In this document: one piece after another, positions 50,833 through 64,000 of the stretch
Numbering within the stretch: the first letter of the stretch is position 1
Layout of the letters: the number at the start of each line of letters is the position of its first letter
Assembly (NCBI GenBank): GCA_964016885.1
Contig: OZ024742.1
Location: 94,798,001 to 94,862,000 of the forward strand
From: Eledone cirrhosa
Lineage: Eukaryota
Direction: 5' to 3'
DNA: 64,000 bases
Made by a program: the position numbers and the translations under genes
Notes under the pieces: model-generated
Databases searched by the model: none
What the model was told of the DNA's origin: nothing
What the model saw: only the letters and a program-made list of their open reading frames with translations

Positions 50833-52506
50833 TGTGTCAGGTAAAAGTACCACAGACTTTCATTGTACAACAACTACAGGAGAAGTACCTAGCTAAAAGT
50901 AAACCCCTATACTTAACTTTTGTTGACTTAGAGAAAGCCTTTGGTAGGCTCTTAGAAAACTAGGTGTTGATGAATGGCTTGTGAGAGTAATAAAGCCATG
51001 TATAAAGAAACAGTCAGCAAGGTTAGAATTAACAACTAATATAGTGAAGAGTTTAGCGTAAAATTTGGTGTTCATCAGGGTTCCGTTCTTAGGCCCCTAC
51101 TATTTTTTTATTGCCCTTCAGGCTATAACAGAGGAGTTCAAGACCGGCTGCCCATGGGAACTCCTATATGCAGATGATCTAACGCTCATAGCTGAATCAA
51201 TGGCTGAATTAGAGAAGAAATTCCAAAAATGGAAGCATGGCCTAGAATCAATAGGCCTTAATGTTAACATGTCTAAGACTAAAGTTCTAGTTTGTAAGAA
51301 GAAAATAGGGCACCGGTACCATCTGGGAAATGGCCATGCTCAGTGTGTAGGAAAGGAGTAGGCAGAAACTCCATTTTATGTCCCAAATGCTAAGTAGGTG
51401 TGCATAAAAGATGTAGTGGGATCAGAGGTAAGCTAACTAAGAATATAGATTTTATATGTGGCCGGTGCTCTGGTGCAATAAGTAGCAGCAAGTGCCCACT
51501 GAATACTAGCTCATTCCATTGCACAGATGATTCTATATAAATAGGGGACACCTTCCGTTACCTGGGTGACAAAATCAGCAGTGGGGGAGGGTGCTCTGAA
51601 AGTACAGTAGCTCTCTAGCTACTGTACGGAAAAAGTTCAGAGAGCTTATTCCACTAGTGGCTCCTAAAGGGTTCTCTCTGAAAATGAAAGGCAGGCTGTA
51701 TGATGCCTGCATACGAACATCAATGTTACATGGCAGTGAGACCTGGGTATTGTTTCTAGAGGATATATGCAGACTGGAGAGAAACGAAGCTTGCATACTC
51801 TGCTTGATGTGTAATAGTAATATACGTGAACGGCAAAGCATAAACGAACTAAGGGAGAAATTAGGAATAAGAGGGATCAGATGTTGTTTACTCGAGAGAA
51901 GACTACGTTGGTACGGTCACGTGATGCGCATGAAACACGACAGCTGTATAAAAAAGTGCAGGGTGATAAAAATAGACGGTAGCCACGGAGTAGGCAGTCC
52001 CAGAAACACCTGGGACGACTTGATAAATTCCGACCTCATACACTTACACCTCTCCAAGACAATGTCACTGGACCGAGATCTTTGGCGCTACACAGTTATG
52101 CAGAAGACCCGCCTTGCCTAAGTACAATGCGAAACCTACGGTCAGTAGGCACCTATAACAAAATACACCCCCGTCCATCTACCCCCACCCCATCCACACC
52201 ACCCCCTTAAATGTGAAGTTATGTTGGTACCATAACATCCAGTCCGAAACAAATGATGTTGTGTAGGTGTCACAACAAAAAACACACAGTCCACGCTGTA
52301 ATGTGGCCGTGTAGGTAACACGGTAAAAACCTCTCAGTCCACACTGTAAACGTGGTTGGTGGTATGAAGGGCATCCAGCCGTAGAAAACCCGCCAGACAG
52401 TCCTATACGAGCAGGACAACCAATCTTGCCTCAAGTGGGAAAACTCCCGTCCAAACCCATGCAAGCGTCGAAGATGGACGTTAAACGATGATGATGATGA
52501 TGATGA
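50833..52506 (+). mobile_element. RTE LINE 5'-truncated copy (family A-like) with frameshifts and stops
   Basis: [29 protein letters not shown], Cys finger, RWYGH, 3' UTR, (GAT)n. Confidence 0.93.
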
Positions 52507-52567
52507 TATATGTATATACATATATATAGGTGTATATTCATTTATATATATATTATATATATATATG

Positions 52568-52599
<32 letters not shown>

Positions 52600-52782
52600 T
52601 TTATATATATATATAATATATATATATATGAATATACACATATATATATGTATATACATATATATATATTATATATATATATGTATACACATATAATTTG
52701 TATATTCATATATATATATATATTATATATATATGTATATACATATATATATGTGTATATTCATATATATATATATTATATA

Positions 52783-53113
52783 TCATCATTTCATCATCAT
52801 TTCATTTTACGTCCGCTTTTCCCTGCTTGCAAGGGTGGGACGGGAACTGATTCTGGCTTGATTTCTACAGCTGGATGCCCTTCCTAACACCAACCTCATT
52901 TACAGTGAGTGCTGGGTGCTTTTTTGCCGTGGCACCTCCACGACCACTTTGCAGTGGAATATATATATATCTCATTTCTACAGCTGAGTAAACTGGAGCA
53001 ATGTGAAATAAAGTGTCTTGCTCAGGGAAACAACACATCACCCGGTCTGAGAATTGAACTCACAACCTTTTGATTGCAAGTCCAATGCTCTAACCACTAA
53101 TCCATGTGCCTCC
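52783..53113 (-). mobile_element. SINE family 1 copy
   Basis: Reverse complement of the 24326-24675 pattern with an internal (TA)n replacement. Confidence 0.88.
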
Positions 53114-54133
53114 AATATATATATGCATACATAAATATATATACATACATACATATATATACACATACATATCATCATCATCATCATCATTTTACGTCCA
53201 CTTTTCCCTGCTTGCAATGATGGGACATATATATATATGTACTCATACATGAATACATCTGTTTTGCATGTGTATTGTATGTACGACTTCACATTTCTCT
53301 AAATGTGTAAGCACAATCCCAAGTTGCCACACTGGAAGAGATGGTACTGTGAATAGACATGAATCATTGTATATATGCTTGTATATATAACACTATGCAT
53401 AGTGTGTTAGTGTGGGTTATATACATAGGCACATACATCCATGCTAACATGGGTAACTGTCATATGATGACAATGAATGTTAGACAGTGAGTGCTTACAC
53501 ACATACAGACATACATCCATACATATTTGTCCACATGCATATATATAAACATACGCACACACACACCTATATACATGTATATATATATATATGTGTGTGT
53601 CTATCTATGCATGGCTGAAATTAAATTATATACACATATACACACACATACATGCATGCATATATCAAATTAAATTAAATACGCGCATTTATATGTATGC
53701 ATGTATAAAATTACGTTATATACATGTACTCAAATACATATTCATGCAGTTATGTGCATGCTCATATATATATACACATATATACACTTTGTATATATAT
53801 ATATATATATATATAATTTGTATATGTGTGTGCATGCGTGTATACAGAGATATTGAAAGAGACAGTTTGTTTGATAATCAAATATATATATATTGTATAT
53901 GCATGTATATACACATCTACACAGACATATGCATGTATAGGGAATATTTGCAAGTGTATGTGTCTATCAGAGAAGATGTGTCCGTTTCTCATTTGAGATG
54001 ATAAAGATATATGAATTGCCTTTTCTGCTAAAGATTGCATCTAACGAGTTAAAGTTTTATCTGCTATTAGCAAATTAACTTAAGTATTTGATTCTTGAGG
54101 GTAGATTGAGGAAGATGCTGGAATAGATGTTAG

Positions 54134-54825
54134 ATAGCAATTACACAAGTCATGTACAGGCTGAGAAATATCTCGTAAATCTCCTATAATTTTGCATTTT
54201 AGTCCTGGATTCAGCATGTTCAATTCTTGGAGGAATTTCTAAAATATAGTTTTGTTTAAGTAAATATGTTGGAATCAAGGACATTGAGAGAAATTTCTGT
54301 CATGTGATACATGACTCCTATTAGGCTCTAGGAAGCAGAAAAAACATCTCTCAAAATTTACTGCACAGATGTATAGTTGGTTTCATGATACAATGCACAC
54401 GGTACATTGTATAATGTGGTATGCCATGATAAAATGCTCCAGTACACTTTTTATAGTCGTGCTTAAAACATGACAAAATGCACCCATTACACTCTGTATC
54501 GTGGTAGAGTCTGATGCCATGATAAAATGGATCTAGTGTGCTCAGTAAATTGGTAATGCTTGTGACAAGATAAAATGTACTCAGTACACTCTTTGAAGCG
54601 ATAGTGCCAGTGGCATAAGATGCATCCAATACACTCTGTATAGTCATAGTATTGATACCAAGAAAAAATGCACCCACTACACTTTAGTCAGAATAAATAT
54701 TACATAGCAATTCCACAATTCATGTATAGGGTTAGAAATAGCTTGGAAATCTCGTCTTTTGTATTTTACATTTTAGTCCCAAATTGAGCAAATTCAATTC
54801 CTGGTGGAGTTTCTAAAAAATAGTT
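54134..54825. repeat. Diverged ~120-bp direct repeats flanking decayed ~37-bp RTE-UTR-like repeats
   Basis: ATAGCAATT.CACAA.TCATGTA.AGG.T.AGAAATA at 54134 and 54704. Confidence 0.7.
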
Positions 54826-55419
54826 GTGATCCCGCTTTCTCTATCATATTTCTAATATGACATGCTGGCTCTGAATTACAAATAATTTTGAAAATAGTCA
54901 AGAATTCCGTGTGATATAGTAATATAACCAATATTTTCATTATGTTGGTCTGTAGAATATAACTTAACAAATTAAAAAAAAATGAATTTTGATGGAAAGT
55001 TTTGTTGATAAATATAAACACTTTTAATAGTTTTCTATTATAGAAACAGGAGTAGTTTCAGGCAGTTTGGTATCTAAAGAATCAAATGGTTTAAATGCTA
55101 GGCTTCTTATTTCGATATGCCTTTTTTGCGTACATATTTTAGTCTTCATCATCATCATCATCATCATTTTACGTCCTGCTTTTCCCTGTTTTTAAATATT
55201 TCAATTTTCTTCTTTTTGTCCACTTATTACTGTGAGGGTCAGAGTCCTCAGATACACATTCCAGAGGGTCCTATTTGAAGTACACCATCACAAAATGACC
55301 CAGCTGCATTGACAAGCAAGTCCAATTGAGGTTACAGTTGTTATCCAGCCATCTTGCTCATGGTCTGACTCTGAGTCTACAGTTGCTTAGCTTTACCCAT
55401 AAAATCTGTCTTACAATTC

Positions 55420-55860
55420 TCTCTTTTGACATCCTAAATGTGTCTCTGTAGTACTGGAGTGGTAATCACTCAATGCAGAAAAGTAGCAGCTGTCTTGAGA
55501 CACTCCCTGGATCTTCAAGCTATCCACCCAGATTTCACTGCCCAACATGTCAAAGATCACAAGCTATTGAAGTCTTTGCTACTCTCTATGTTTGTGGTCT
55601 ACCCTGTAGCATGCTTGGTCAGCCGAGAACATAATCATATCAGGGTGAAATTGCCCACCCGCTTGAATGAGCCCTTTGTTTTGGAATCGCTACTCCAACA
55701 CGTCTCACTCACCATCTTCTGGGGCAATGCTTTTCGCATTCTGTCTGCTGAAACCCTATGACAGCCAGCAGTTGGGGTTCTGCACACCAGAAAATGCTCT
55801 TCCAGACCATCTAAGCTTGTATGATGAAGGTAGTGATATTTGAGCATACTTTTGGGATTT
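55420..55860 (-). mobile_element. Possible old RTE/BovB-like C-terminal remnant
   Basis: Weak LRWSG..DRM...PQKM and later W..A.D-like remnants. Confidence 0.35.
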
Positions 55861-56629
55861 AAGGTATATGTGATAATAAATTCATAAAAATAATTAATAA
55901 TGCAGCAGATAGTTACATTGTCAAAAGGAATTTTAATCTTGTCTTCTCATTAATTACTGACTATAATTACATCTTTTAGACATTATCTACTGACTTGGTG
56001 TATTCACTGGACTAAGAATGAGAAGATTGTTAAAACCCACCATGCCCATGTTTCCCATTAATACCTTTCTCCATTTATTAACTAATGAAGGAAGTACAAA
56101 CACAATTTCTCTATAGTTAATTATCTATATTTTTATTTTATGTTTAAAGACCTCTTTTGAATGAATTTTCGAATTTGGGTACAAAGTGGGCCAATGTATT
56201 TTTACTTATTCTACAGTGTGCTGGGAGTAAGAAAGTCTTGGAACCACTGGTTTAGAGGTTACTGTTTTTTAATTATTAAGGATAACAATAAAATAAATCA
56301 AATTGTATTACCTGACAAGTATTTGCTATCTGTTATTGTAATGCAGTCATAAGAATATTTCACACATAGAGATGCAGACACTAGCACATTTTCATAGGTC
56401 ACACATTTGTTTTGAAATATTTCTTCCTCTGGCTAGTCCTTATTACTAAGTAACATTGTAAAATAATTTTAGAAAGTGTCACACACATACACAAATCTGT
56501 AGTACATAAAGATTTCTATCGCATAATAAACACAGACACAAACACACCTATAGGTCATAAAGATTTCTATCACATAACAAACACAGCTTTTGATAATTTA
56601 GTTGGTTGTCAGTGTGTGTGTATATATAG

Positions 56630-56672
<43 letters not shown>

Positions 56673-56724
56673 TTATATGTGTGTATGTGTGTGTTTATGT
56701 GTGTGTGTGTGTGTGTGTTTGCCT

Positions 56725-56766
<42 letters not shown>

Positions 56767-57600
56767 ATATGTGTGTGTGTGTATGTTTATATATATATAT
56801 ATATATATATTGAATCGTGTAAGCTGCATGTAAGCATTGTTTGTTAACATAGAAATGAAAGCTAAACATAATTTGATCTATTTAAATACTTTAGTCCTAT
56901 GAAAAGACTCTCTGAACTCATAGCCGAAGGTATTGAGAGATTGTGGACTGTGCAGCCACATAATCTAACTATCCATATGCAGTGTAATGGCTTTTGAAGT
57001 TTGCATATGCATTTGTCTCTCTGTGTGTTCCTGTGTGTTTGTGTGTTTGTTTGTGTGTTTTTGTTTGTACCTTTGTTTGCATGATTATATAGTTGTTTGG
57101 TCACATTAGTGCAAACAATTCCAAAACACATGATTCATTTCTGCCACATCACATACACAGATCATGACTAATACATTGTTAAAACCATTACAATTTCTAC
57201 ATACGATAAATTCTTATGATGAGTCTACAATACATGCCACATAACCTATATTGTACCAGAATCACTCTCAGTATCATGAATTATTTAACCTTTAACACCC
57301 TTTAATGATTTAGTAGAAAATAGCTTGTTAATTCAAATGTTTATTTTATATTTACTAAGGGGCAGAGTGCTTTGAAAATTTGCAGTAAACTAAATATTTA
57401 ATGTGTTATTGTTTGTAATTTACAAGAATGTTTTACTAGTGTGGCTTTACATCCGTACAAGACATTATGAGTTAATCATATACATGGTTCCTGTTTGCAT
57501 ACACTGAGTAGATTTTTCTACTTCACACAATCATATACTTAACTGAACTTTTTAATTAAACTTTCTATTTAACATTATTTTATCACTATGTTAGTTGGAA

Positions 57601-57795
57601 AGGGCGGTGGATTGGCAGTATCGGTAGAGAGTCGGATGCTATGCTTTGACGCATAGAGTTACTGCCCTTGCCATTCTGAGTTCGAATCCCGCCGAGGTTA
57701 ACTTTACCTTTCATCCTTACGGGGTCGATAAAATAAAGTATCAGTAATGCAGTAGGTAATTGCTGGTCTTGTGCCAAAAAGTAGAAACAATTATT
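57601..57795 (+). mobile_element. SINE family 2, full length
   Basis: GGCGGTGGATTGGCAGTATCGG...GAGTTCGAATCCC...TTTCATCCTTACGGGGTCGATAAAATAAAG. Confidence 0.88.
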
Positions 57796-60603
57796 TTAAC
57801 ACCATGTTGTCCCTATCATTACTACAAATTCTTGTTTCCCTGTTTAGAATTAGCTCTCAATCTTAACTCTAGATATTTCCCACTCATGAACCTTACTGTT
57901 TCTAATTTACTAGACACCTCATTAACTCTTTTGATATCAAATTGCTTGAAACCAATATTGGTTCTACAATACAAAACTTTAATTTAAATTGCTTATATTA
58001 TCTTAAAATATTCAATCATAATTCTATGTAAGAGCTTGTGCTTCAAACACTAATTTAATAATTATTTCTAACATCGATACAAGGTCAGAAATTTTGGGAA
58101 AGAGGAGGTCGATTATATTGACCCTCAGAAGAATGAAAGTCAAAGTTGATCTCAGAATGTAGTAAGACGTAACTAAATACTACAAAGCCATTCATCTGAG
58201 GTTCTACTAATTCTACCAATCCACCACTCTCACACCAGCTTAATAATGAGAAAGTTAAATGCCTCCAAGTTCTTGATTATTTCCAAAAGGATTTGAAAAT
58301 GTATAGGCAGTATCTTTCATTAGAATTATGGTAAGAAATTGGTTATACATTCTATCCAATTCTTCTTCTTTAGAATAGTGTTTGTATTAATCTTCTTTAA
58401 AAATAGGTACTTCCCTCACATTCTATAGATTGAAGCCTAGGGTTTGGGAAACTTTACTGTAGTACAAAACTGTAACTTTGAAACAACCTTTGCAGAAATA
58501 AGCTTCATATCTATAAATCTCTTAAAACCTACCACTAATTATTCTATTAGCAAGGTGCCCATAAACATTTAAATAAGACTTTCAATCTCGGATGTATTTA
58601 ACCATTGCCAGGACCCTAGGTTTTCAAGTATTTCAGGCCTCTTCTTGCAATTCAATCGTTCACCCTATTATAGCAAAAGAAAAAAATGGTAGGGCTTTAG
58701 GCTTCAGCCTTATGAATAATAAGGCCATGATATTAATCCATTTAGTTTTATACCAATTTAATATATTTGTGGACAGTTAAAAAGTAAAAGAGGGTATTCA
58801 TTCACTAATGAAATGTTGACAAAGATTGAAACGAGTCTGTTTGATCTCTCTTTTGCTGTCCATAAAGATATTGTATATAGACAAGGTGTTTACATATGTC
58901 TATACATGTAGTCTTAGCTAATAATTTATTGATATGTTCTGTAGCATTGAACATATAGCATTGAAACTCAAAACTATTAATGCACCAATAATTTACTAAT
59001 TCCAATAATAAATATAATATACTTATTGGTTGATCCAGTTTACTTAAACCACTTAAGAAGGTTTATGTGTAATATAATTGTGGACAGTTTAAAAATGTAC
59101 TTAGTTTCGTAGTAAATCTGAACATAATAATTAAAGCTAATCCTCCTCATCCCTCTTTATCTGATCTTGAATATATTATATATATAGACAAGATGTTTAC
59201 ATCTGTCTATATATGCAGTGATGTTTAACAATTTATAGATAATCTCTGTAGTACAGTGTGCTTGTTTTATCTAATTTATAGACTAAATTCCATGTAAAAC
59301 CTGTAGCAAGTGCTTATATTTCTGTCAAGCCTCACTTGGTAGAAGGTAATTAAACAAAATTACAGATTAATAGCCTTCCTTTCTTGGTCCTTCAACTCTT
59401 GATTGTCAAGAGAGTGCTGTCCTACCACATCGGAACTGACAAAGCTCATCCCTCATCAGGTCTGAATAAAGCTGATTTCTTAAGAGAGAAAGAGCGTGGA
59501 GAGGAATCAACCCTATAACTGGACTTATAATCTATTGACCTTGAAAACATTTAAAGGCAAATTTGACCTTGGCAGCTCAGAGAGCAAAACAAAATACTGC
59601 AAAGCATTTTATCTAATGTTCTTACGACTCTGGCAATTTACCTCTTTATTAGTGATATATCATTATTTATAAACCTCTTGATGCTATATCACTAGTATAA
59701 CTATGAACCATAATAATGTGCTGTGTGTGTTTGTATATATACATATATATGTATCTTTATCTACAACTATGTCATTCATACATTTAATCCTATATGTCAT
59801 TTTTATATATATACCAAACATTTATGTAATTAAACACTAGAAATAAATTATCATTCTTTTCTTTAATCACTTCACCATGTCAGTAATCTACATAAAGTAT
59901 AGGATTACTATTATGCAAATTGTGAATGTATCAAAATTCAAATTTACCACTTTGTATGATTGTTCCTATATCTTGTACTCTAGGTATATATGTCATATTA
60001 ATATTAGGCTCCAAAAATTAAATTCAATCGCATTATTGAAGGCATGGTTCCACTAGTATATATATTAGTTATACTATTAAATATGTAAGACAAACACGCA
60101 AACAAAAAATAGTTCTCAGTAAGTCAAATGAGGGAACATCTGTGTCATTTCTCAACTGCTGCATAGAACAACCAAATCTTCTGCAAATAACATCCTACCA
60201 TCTTTAAAGCTGGTTAATGTAGTTTTAGATAACATTGTTAATATGAGGCAGGATGATTATGGTAGGAATGTTTCTTATTATAATGCCTGCATGATCAAGA
60301 CTAATATGCGACTAAAACAAAATATCTTCTCTCAGTTCCTAGTTACATTTAGTTAAATCTAGAATAGGTTTGTAATTTACCCTAGCACACAGCACAAAGT
60401 TAGTGATGTGAATGTGATACGAACTTGAAGTGTCACATTCTGCGTGAAATCCTTCAAAATCTACATGCATATACATAGCCTACATACAGATCTGTACAAA
60501 ACACATTTTACTTAAGGTTTGTCTCATATGTTGAAAGTACACAAACATATATATATTATATATATGTTTAAATTTAGTAATCTCAGTAATCCATTCACAC
60601 ACA

Positions 60604-60662
<59 letters not shown>

Positions 60663-61042
60663 GTACATGTATGTGTGTGTATGTACATATGCATATATTT
60701 TATTTTATATAAGAACACACACATTTGCTTACTTGGAGCCATAAGCATATATGTATATATGTATTTTATTTTTACCCTTTAGAAATTTACAAATCTATGT
60801 TTGTGTGTCCACAAACTCACACACATACACATGTGCATTAGAGTCTCTAATTTCATCTCACAAGTTTTTCTTCTCTGTCTTCCATTACATACCTCATTGT
60901 TTTCTTCTGTCATCAGTTACTTAACAACATTCCTTCCACTTAATTTCTTTCAATCCAATGCCGAAAGAAATAATGGAAAATCTTTTGCTTGAATAACTCT
61001 GTGAAAAAAGACAAATATATTTCTCTATTTAATTTTACTGTC

Positions 61043-61077
<35 letters not shown>

Positions 61078-61362
61078 TATTATTATTTATTTTTTTCCAG
61101 ACGTAAGATTAAGCATAGATTTGCATAAATGACTCTATATGCAAATATTATTACTCTGCAAAATTGTCTTTGGATAATTCTGCAGAAACGTTTGAAAAGA
61201 AATTATTGTGAAAGATGAATTTCTTTCATAGTATCTTTTTAACTTCAGACAAAACTAATAGCTTTCATTTAAGATAGAACTATTGTTAAGTTGAGAGACA
61301 GAAAAATAAATGTAAAAAGAATTGTGTGTATGTGTGTATGGGTTTATTTGTGACCAACATGA

Positions 61363-61401
<39 letters not shown>

Positions 61402-61774
61402 TTTACTGTTAAGTTGAAAATTCTCTTGTGTAGGACATTGACATTTACCTTCTTGTAATCTGCATCAGTGTGAGAGGGATATATATATTCAGCAGTATTT
61501 GGCATTCCTGTATAACCTATACACAACATTTTTTGTTTGTTTTTGATAACTTAATGAAATACCTAGTACTTCTAAACAATGCTTTTGATACTAATTTTGT
61601 TATATCCCTTGCCTGTTGTAAACTGGCCATCCCATCAGTCTAGAAGGTCCTAAAAAGGTTTATGAACATTGCCATTTTCCAATTGATTAAACAGTATGTG
61701 TGTATATATATAAGGCATGAATTTTTATCTGTTGCACAGAAAGTACTATTCGATTTGTTTGAGGTTTGGTTGAA

Positions 61775-61962
61775 CAACCTCATTTACAGTGAGTGCTGGG
61801 TGCTTTTTTGCCATGGCACATCCACGACCACTTTGCAGTGGAATGATAGGGACTCCAGTCCTATCATCTCATTTCTACAGCTGAGTAAACTGGAGCAATG
61901 TGAAATAAAGTGTCTTGCTCAAGGAAACAACACATCACCCGGTCCGAGAATTGAACTCACAG
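61775..61962 (-). mobile_element. SINE family 1 internal fragment
   Basis: Matches 34712-34895. Confidence 0.85.
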
Positions 61963-62037
61963 CTGTACAGCTGAAAAACAGCATACAACCAAAACAATAT
62001 ATAAGTCTTGCCGCAAGTGAATTATTTTCATATCTAC

Positions 62038-62148
62038 GTACTCTGATTTGTTGACCAGTGGTAAACAATATATTGGAGATCAATTGACGCAACCTCAAGC
62101 GATTAGTGAACTCTAGACACACCTGATCAACGAAACAATTGTCAGTAC
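62038..62148 (+). ncRNA. Degenerate type I hammerhead motif with long stem II
   Basis: GUACU-CUGAUUU-GUUGACCAG...CUGAUCAAC-GAAA-CAAUUG-UC-AGUAC, then AAUAAA. Stem I perfect, stem III palindromic, G8/A9 mutated. Confidence 0.65.
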
Positions 62149-62285
62149 TATAAATAAAGCACTTATTGTACAGCCAACCATGTTACTCTTCTGTTTTTAA
62201 CTATGTATGTATATATATACATATGTATATATATACATACATATACACACATATATATATACATATACATATGTGTGTATATATA

Positions 62286-62379
62286 TGAGGTGTGTCAGAA
62301 AAGTTCCAGGACTGATGTCACAAAAGATTTATTTCAAACCCAACCTTCACACTAAGAGTTTTATCCTTCAAAGTAATCC
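62286..62379 (+). mobile_element. Solo left end of the mariner family at 40581
   Basis: TGAGGTGTGTCAGAAAAGTTCCAGGACTGATGTCACAAAAG... matches 40581-40675. Confidence 0.88.
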
Positions 62380-62402
62380 TTCAAGTATACATATGTATAT
62401 AT

Positions 62403-63310
62403 ATCATCATCATCATCACCGTTTTACGTCCGTTCTTCCATGCTAGCATGGGTTAGACAGGTTGTCCTGTTGTGAGCAGTGTCTGGTCGGCTGACCATGC
62501 CTTGCTCATATAGGAACTGATCTTTCTACAACTGGATGCCCTTCCTAACACCAACCTCATTTACAGTGAGTGCTGGGTGCTTTTTACCGTGGCGCTTACA
62601 CGTCCACTTTATAGTGTGGTTTGGGTGCTTTTTTTGGCGTGCCACCTCCACAACCACTTTGCAGTGGGAGGGTGTGGGGGCATATTGTCTATATGCTTCA
62701 GCTTGTACCCATGTGAGGTCGGGTACTCTGTATTACTGCGTGACGCCAGAGGTCACGGTCGTGTGTCATCATCTTTGAGAGGTGTAATTGAGTAAGGTCA
62801 GCTTTTATCACCTCATCCCAGGTCTTCTTGGGTCTCCCCACTCCACGGTTTCCATTGACTTCTAGTGCTCTGCACCTTTTTATGCAGCTGTCATCCTTCA
62901 TACGCATCACATGTCCATACCAATGCAACCGCCTCTCCTGCACACAGCATTTGATTCCTCTTATGCTCAGTCTCTCTCTCAATTCATTTATGCTTTGCCG
63001 TTCGCATATATTACTATTACACATCCATCGGAGCATGCAGGCTTCGTTTCTTTCTAATTTACGTAAGTCTTCCACCTTCATCGCCCAGGTCTCACTACTA
63101 TGTAACATTGCTGTTCGGATACACTCATCATACAGTCTGCCTTTCATTTTGAGGGAGAAGCCTTTTACAGCTAGCAGTGGCAGTAGTTCCCTGAACTTCT
63201 TCCATCCCGTTCTTACCCTAGTTATTGTATTTCTGAACACCCACCTCTGCTGGTAGTTCGGTCACCTAGGTAGCAGAAGCTGTCTACTGTTTCTACAGAG
63301 CCCTCCCAGA
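62403..63310 (-). mobile_element. RTE LINE 3' fragment (family B)
   Basis: ORF 62698-63240 (RVRTGWKKFRELLP...RRLHWYGH...GRPKKTW), DSFCYLG upstream, family B UTR. Confidence 0.92.
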
Positions 63311-63766
63311 GATTGGTAGTACTTATATATATATATATATATATACATATGTATATATATATACACACACACACACATACGTGTGTGTATCGGTTTATTG
63401 GATTGCAATCGATGTAACTTTAAACCACTATCAGCACTCACTGATTCAGAGATGATGTAATGATGGTCGCCTTTTTACAACTGTTGAGGTTTTAATAGAT
63501 CTGAAGAGATAATGAGCTAAACAGGTGGCATGTACTGTTACATAATATTATGTAATTGAGGATGGTTTTAAACCTGAATTGGGTATAACAAAATACATAT
63601 TTGTTAAACTGATCTTTATTTTCTGGTTGTACATATATATATTGACATGTGTATCTTGGTTTTGTATCACTGTGTTGTAAGAGGAAACTAAGAGGTGGCA
63701 TTAAGAAGGGCATCTGGCTGTAACGCATTGTTTCAAAATTTCCATCCAGCCCATGCCAGCATAGAT

Positions 63767-64000
63767 ACATGGATGTAAATATAATTGTTTCTACTTTTGG
63801 CACAAGGCTAGCAATTACCCAGTACATTACTGGTACTTTATGTTATCAACCCCGTAAGGATGAAAGGCAAAGTTAACATGGATGTAAATATAATTGTTTC
63901 TACTTTAGGCACAAGGCCAGCAATTATCCAGTGCATTACTGGTACTTTATTTTATCGACCCCGTAAGGATGAAAGGCAAAGTCAACCTCGGCGGGATTTG
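63767..64000 (-). mobile_element. SINE family 2, tandem partial duplication (109-bp period), runs off window
   Basis: ACATGGATGTAAATATAATTGTTTCTACTTT at 63767 and 63876. Confidence 0.85.

Overview
AT-rich eukaryotic genomic DNA with no recognisable intact host gene; almost all long ORFs in the track are translations of (TA)n/(TG)n/(CT)n/(CCAA)n microsatellites. The repeat landscape looks like an octopus/coleoid cephalopod intron or intergenic region (inference). It holds many 5'-truncated RTE-clade LINE copies ending in (GAT)n, at least three families, six of them LINE/SINE inserts packed into a ~9-kb (TA)n field at 43.4-53.1 kb. It also holds three tRNA-derived SINE families (one carrying RTE 3' tails), a decayed CR1-group LINE, a decayed Penelope-like element (RT thumb + GIY-YIG), Tc1/mariner remnants including a long-TIR mariner derivative, and a Helitron-like 3' end. 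The signal not explained by the ORF track is a set of about eight type I hammerhead-ribozyme-like motifs of several unrelated sequence families (about 6.1, 13.4, 31.1/31.5, 33.0, 35.9, 41.9, 50.3 and 62.0 kb). Most lie in short foldback or partial-tandem units typical of Penelope pseudo-LTRs or non-autonomous retrozymes. At least one (6059-6113, minus strand) keeps an intact catalytic core and a perfect stem I. All structures were read by eye, and no folding or database search was run.
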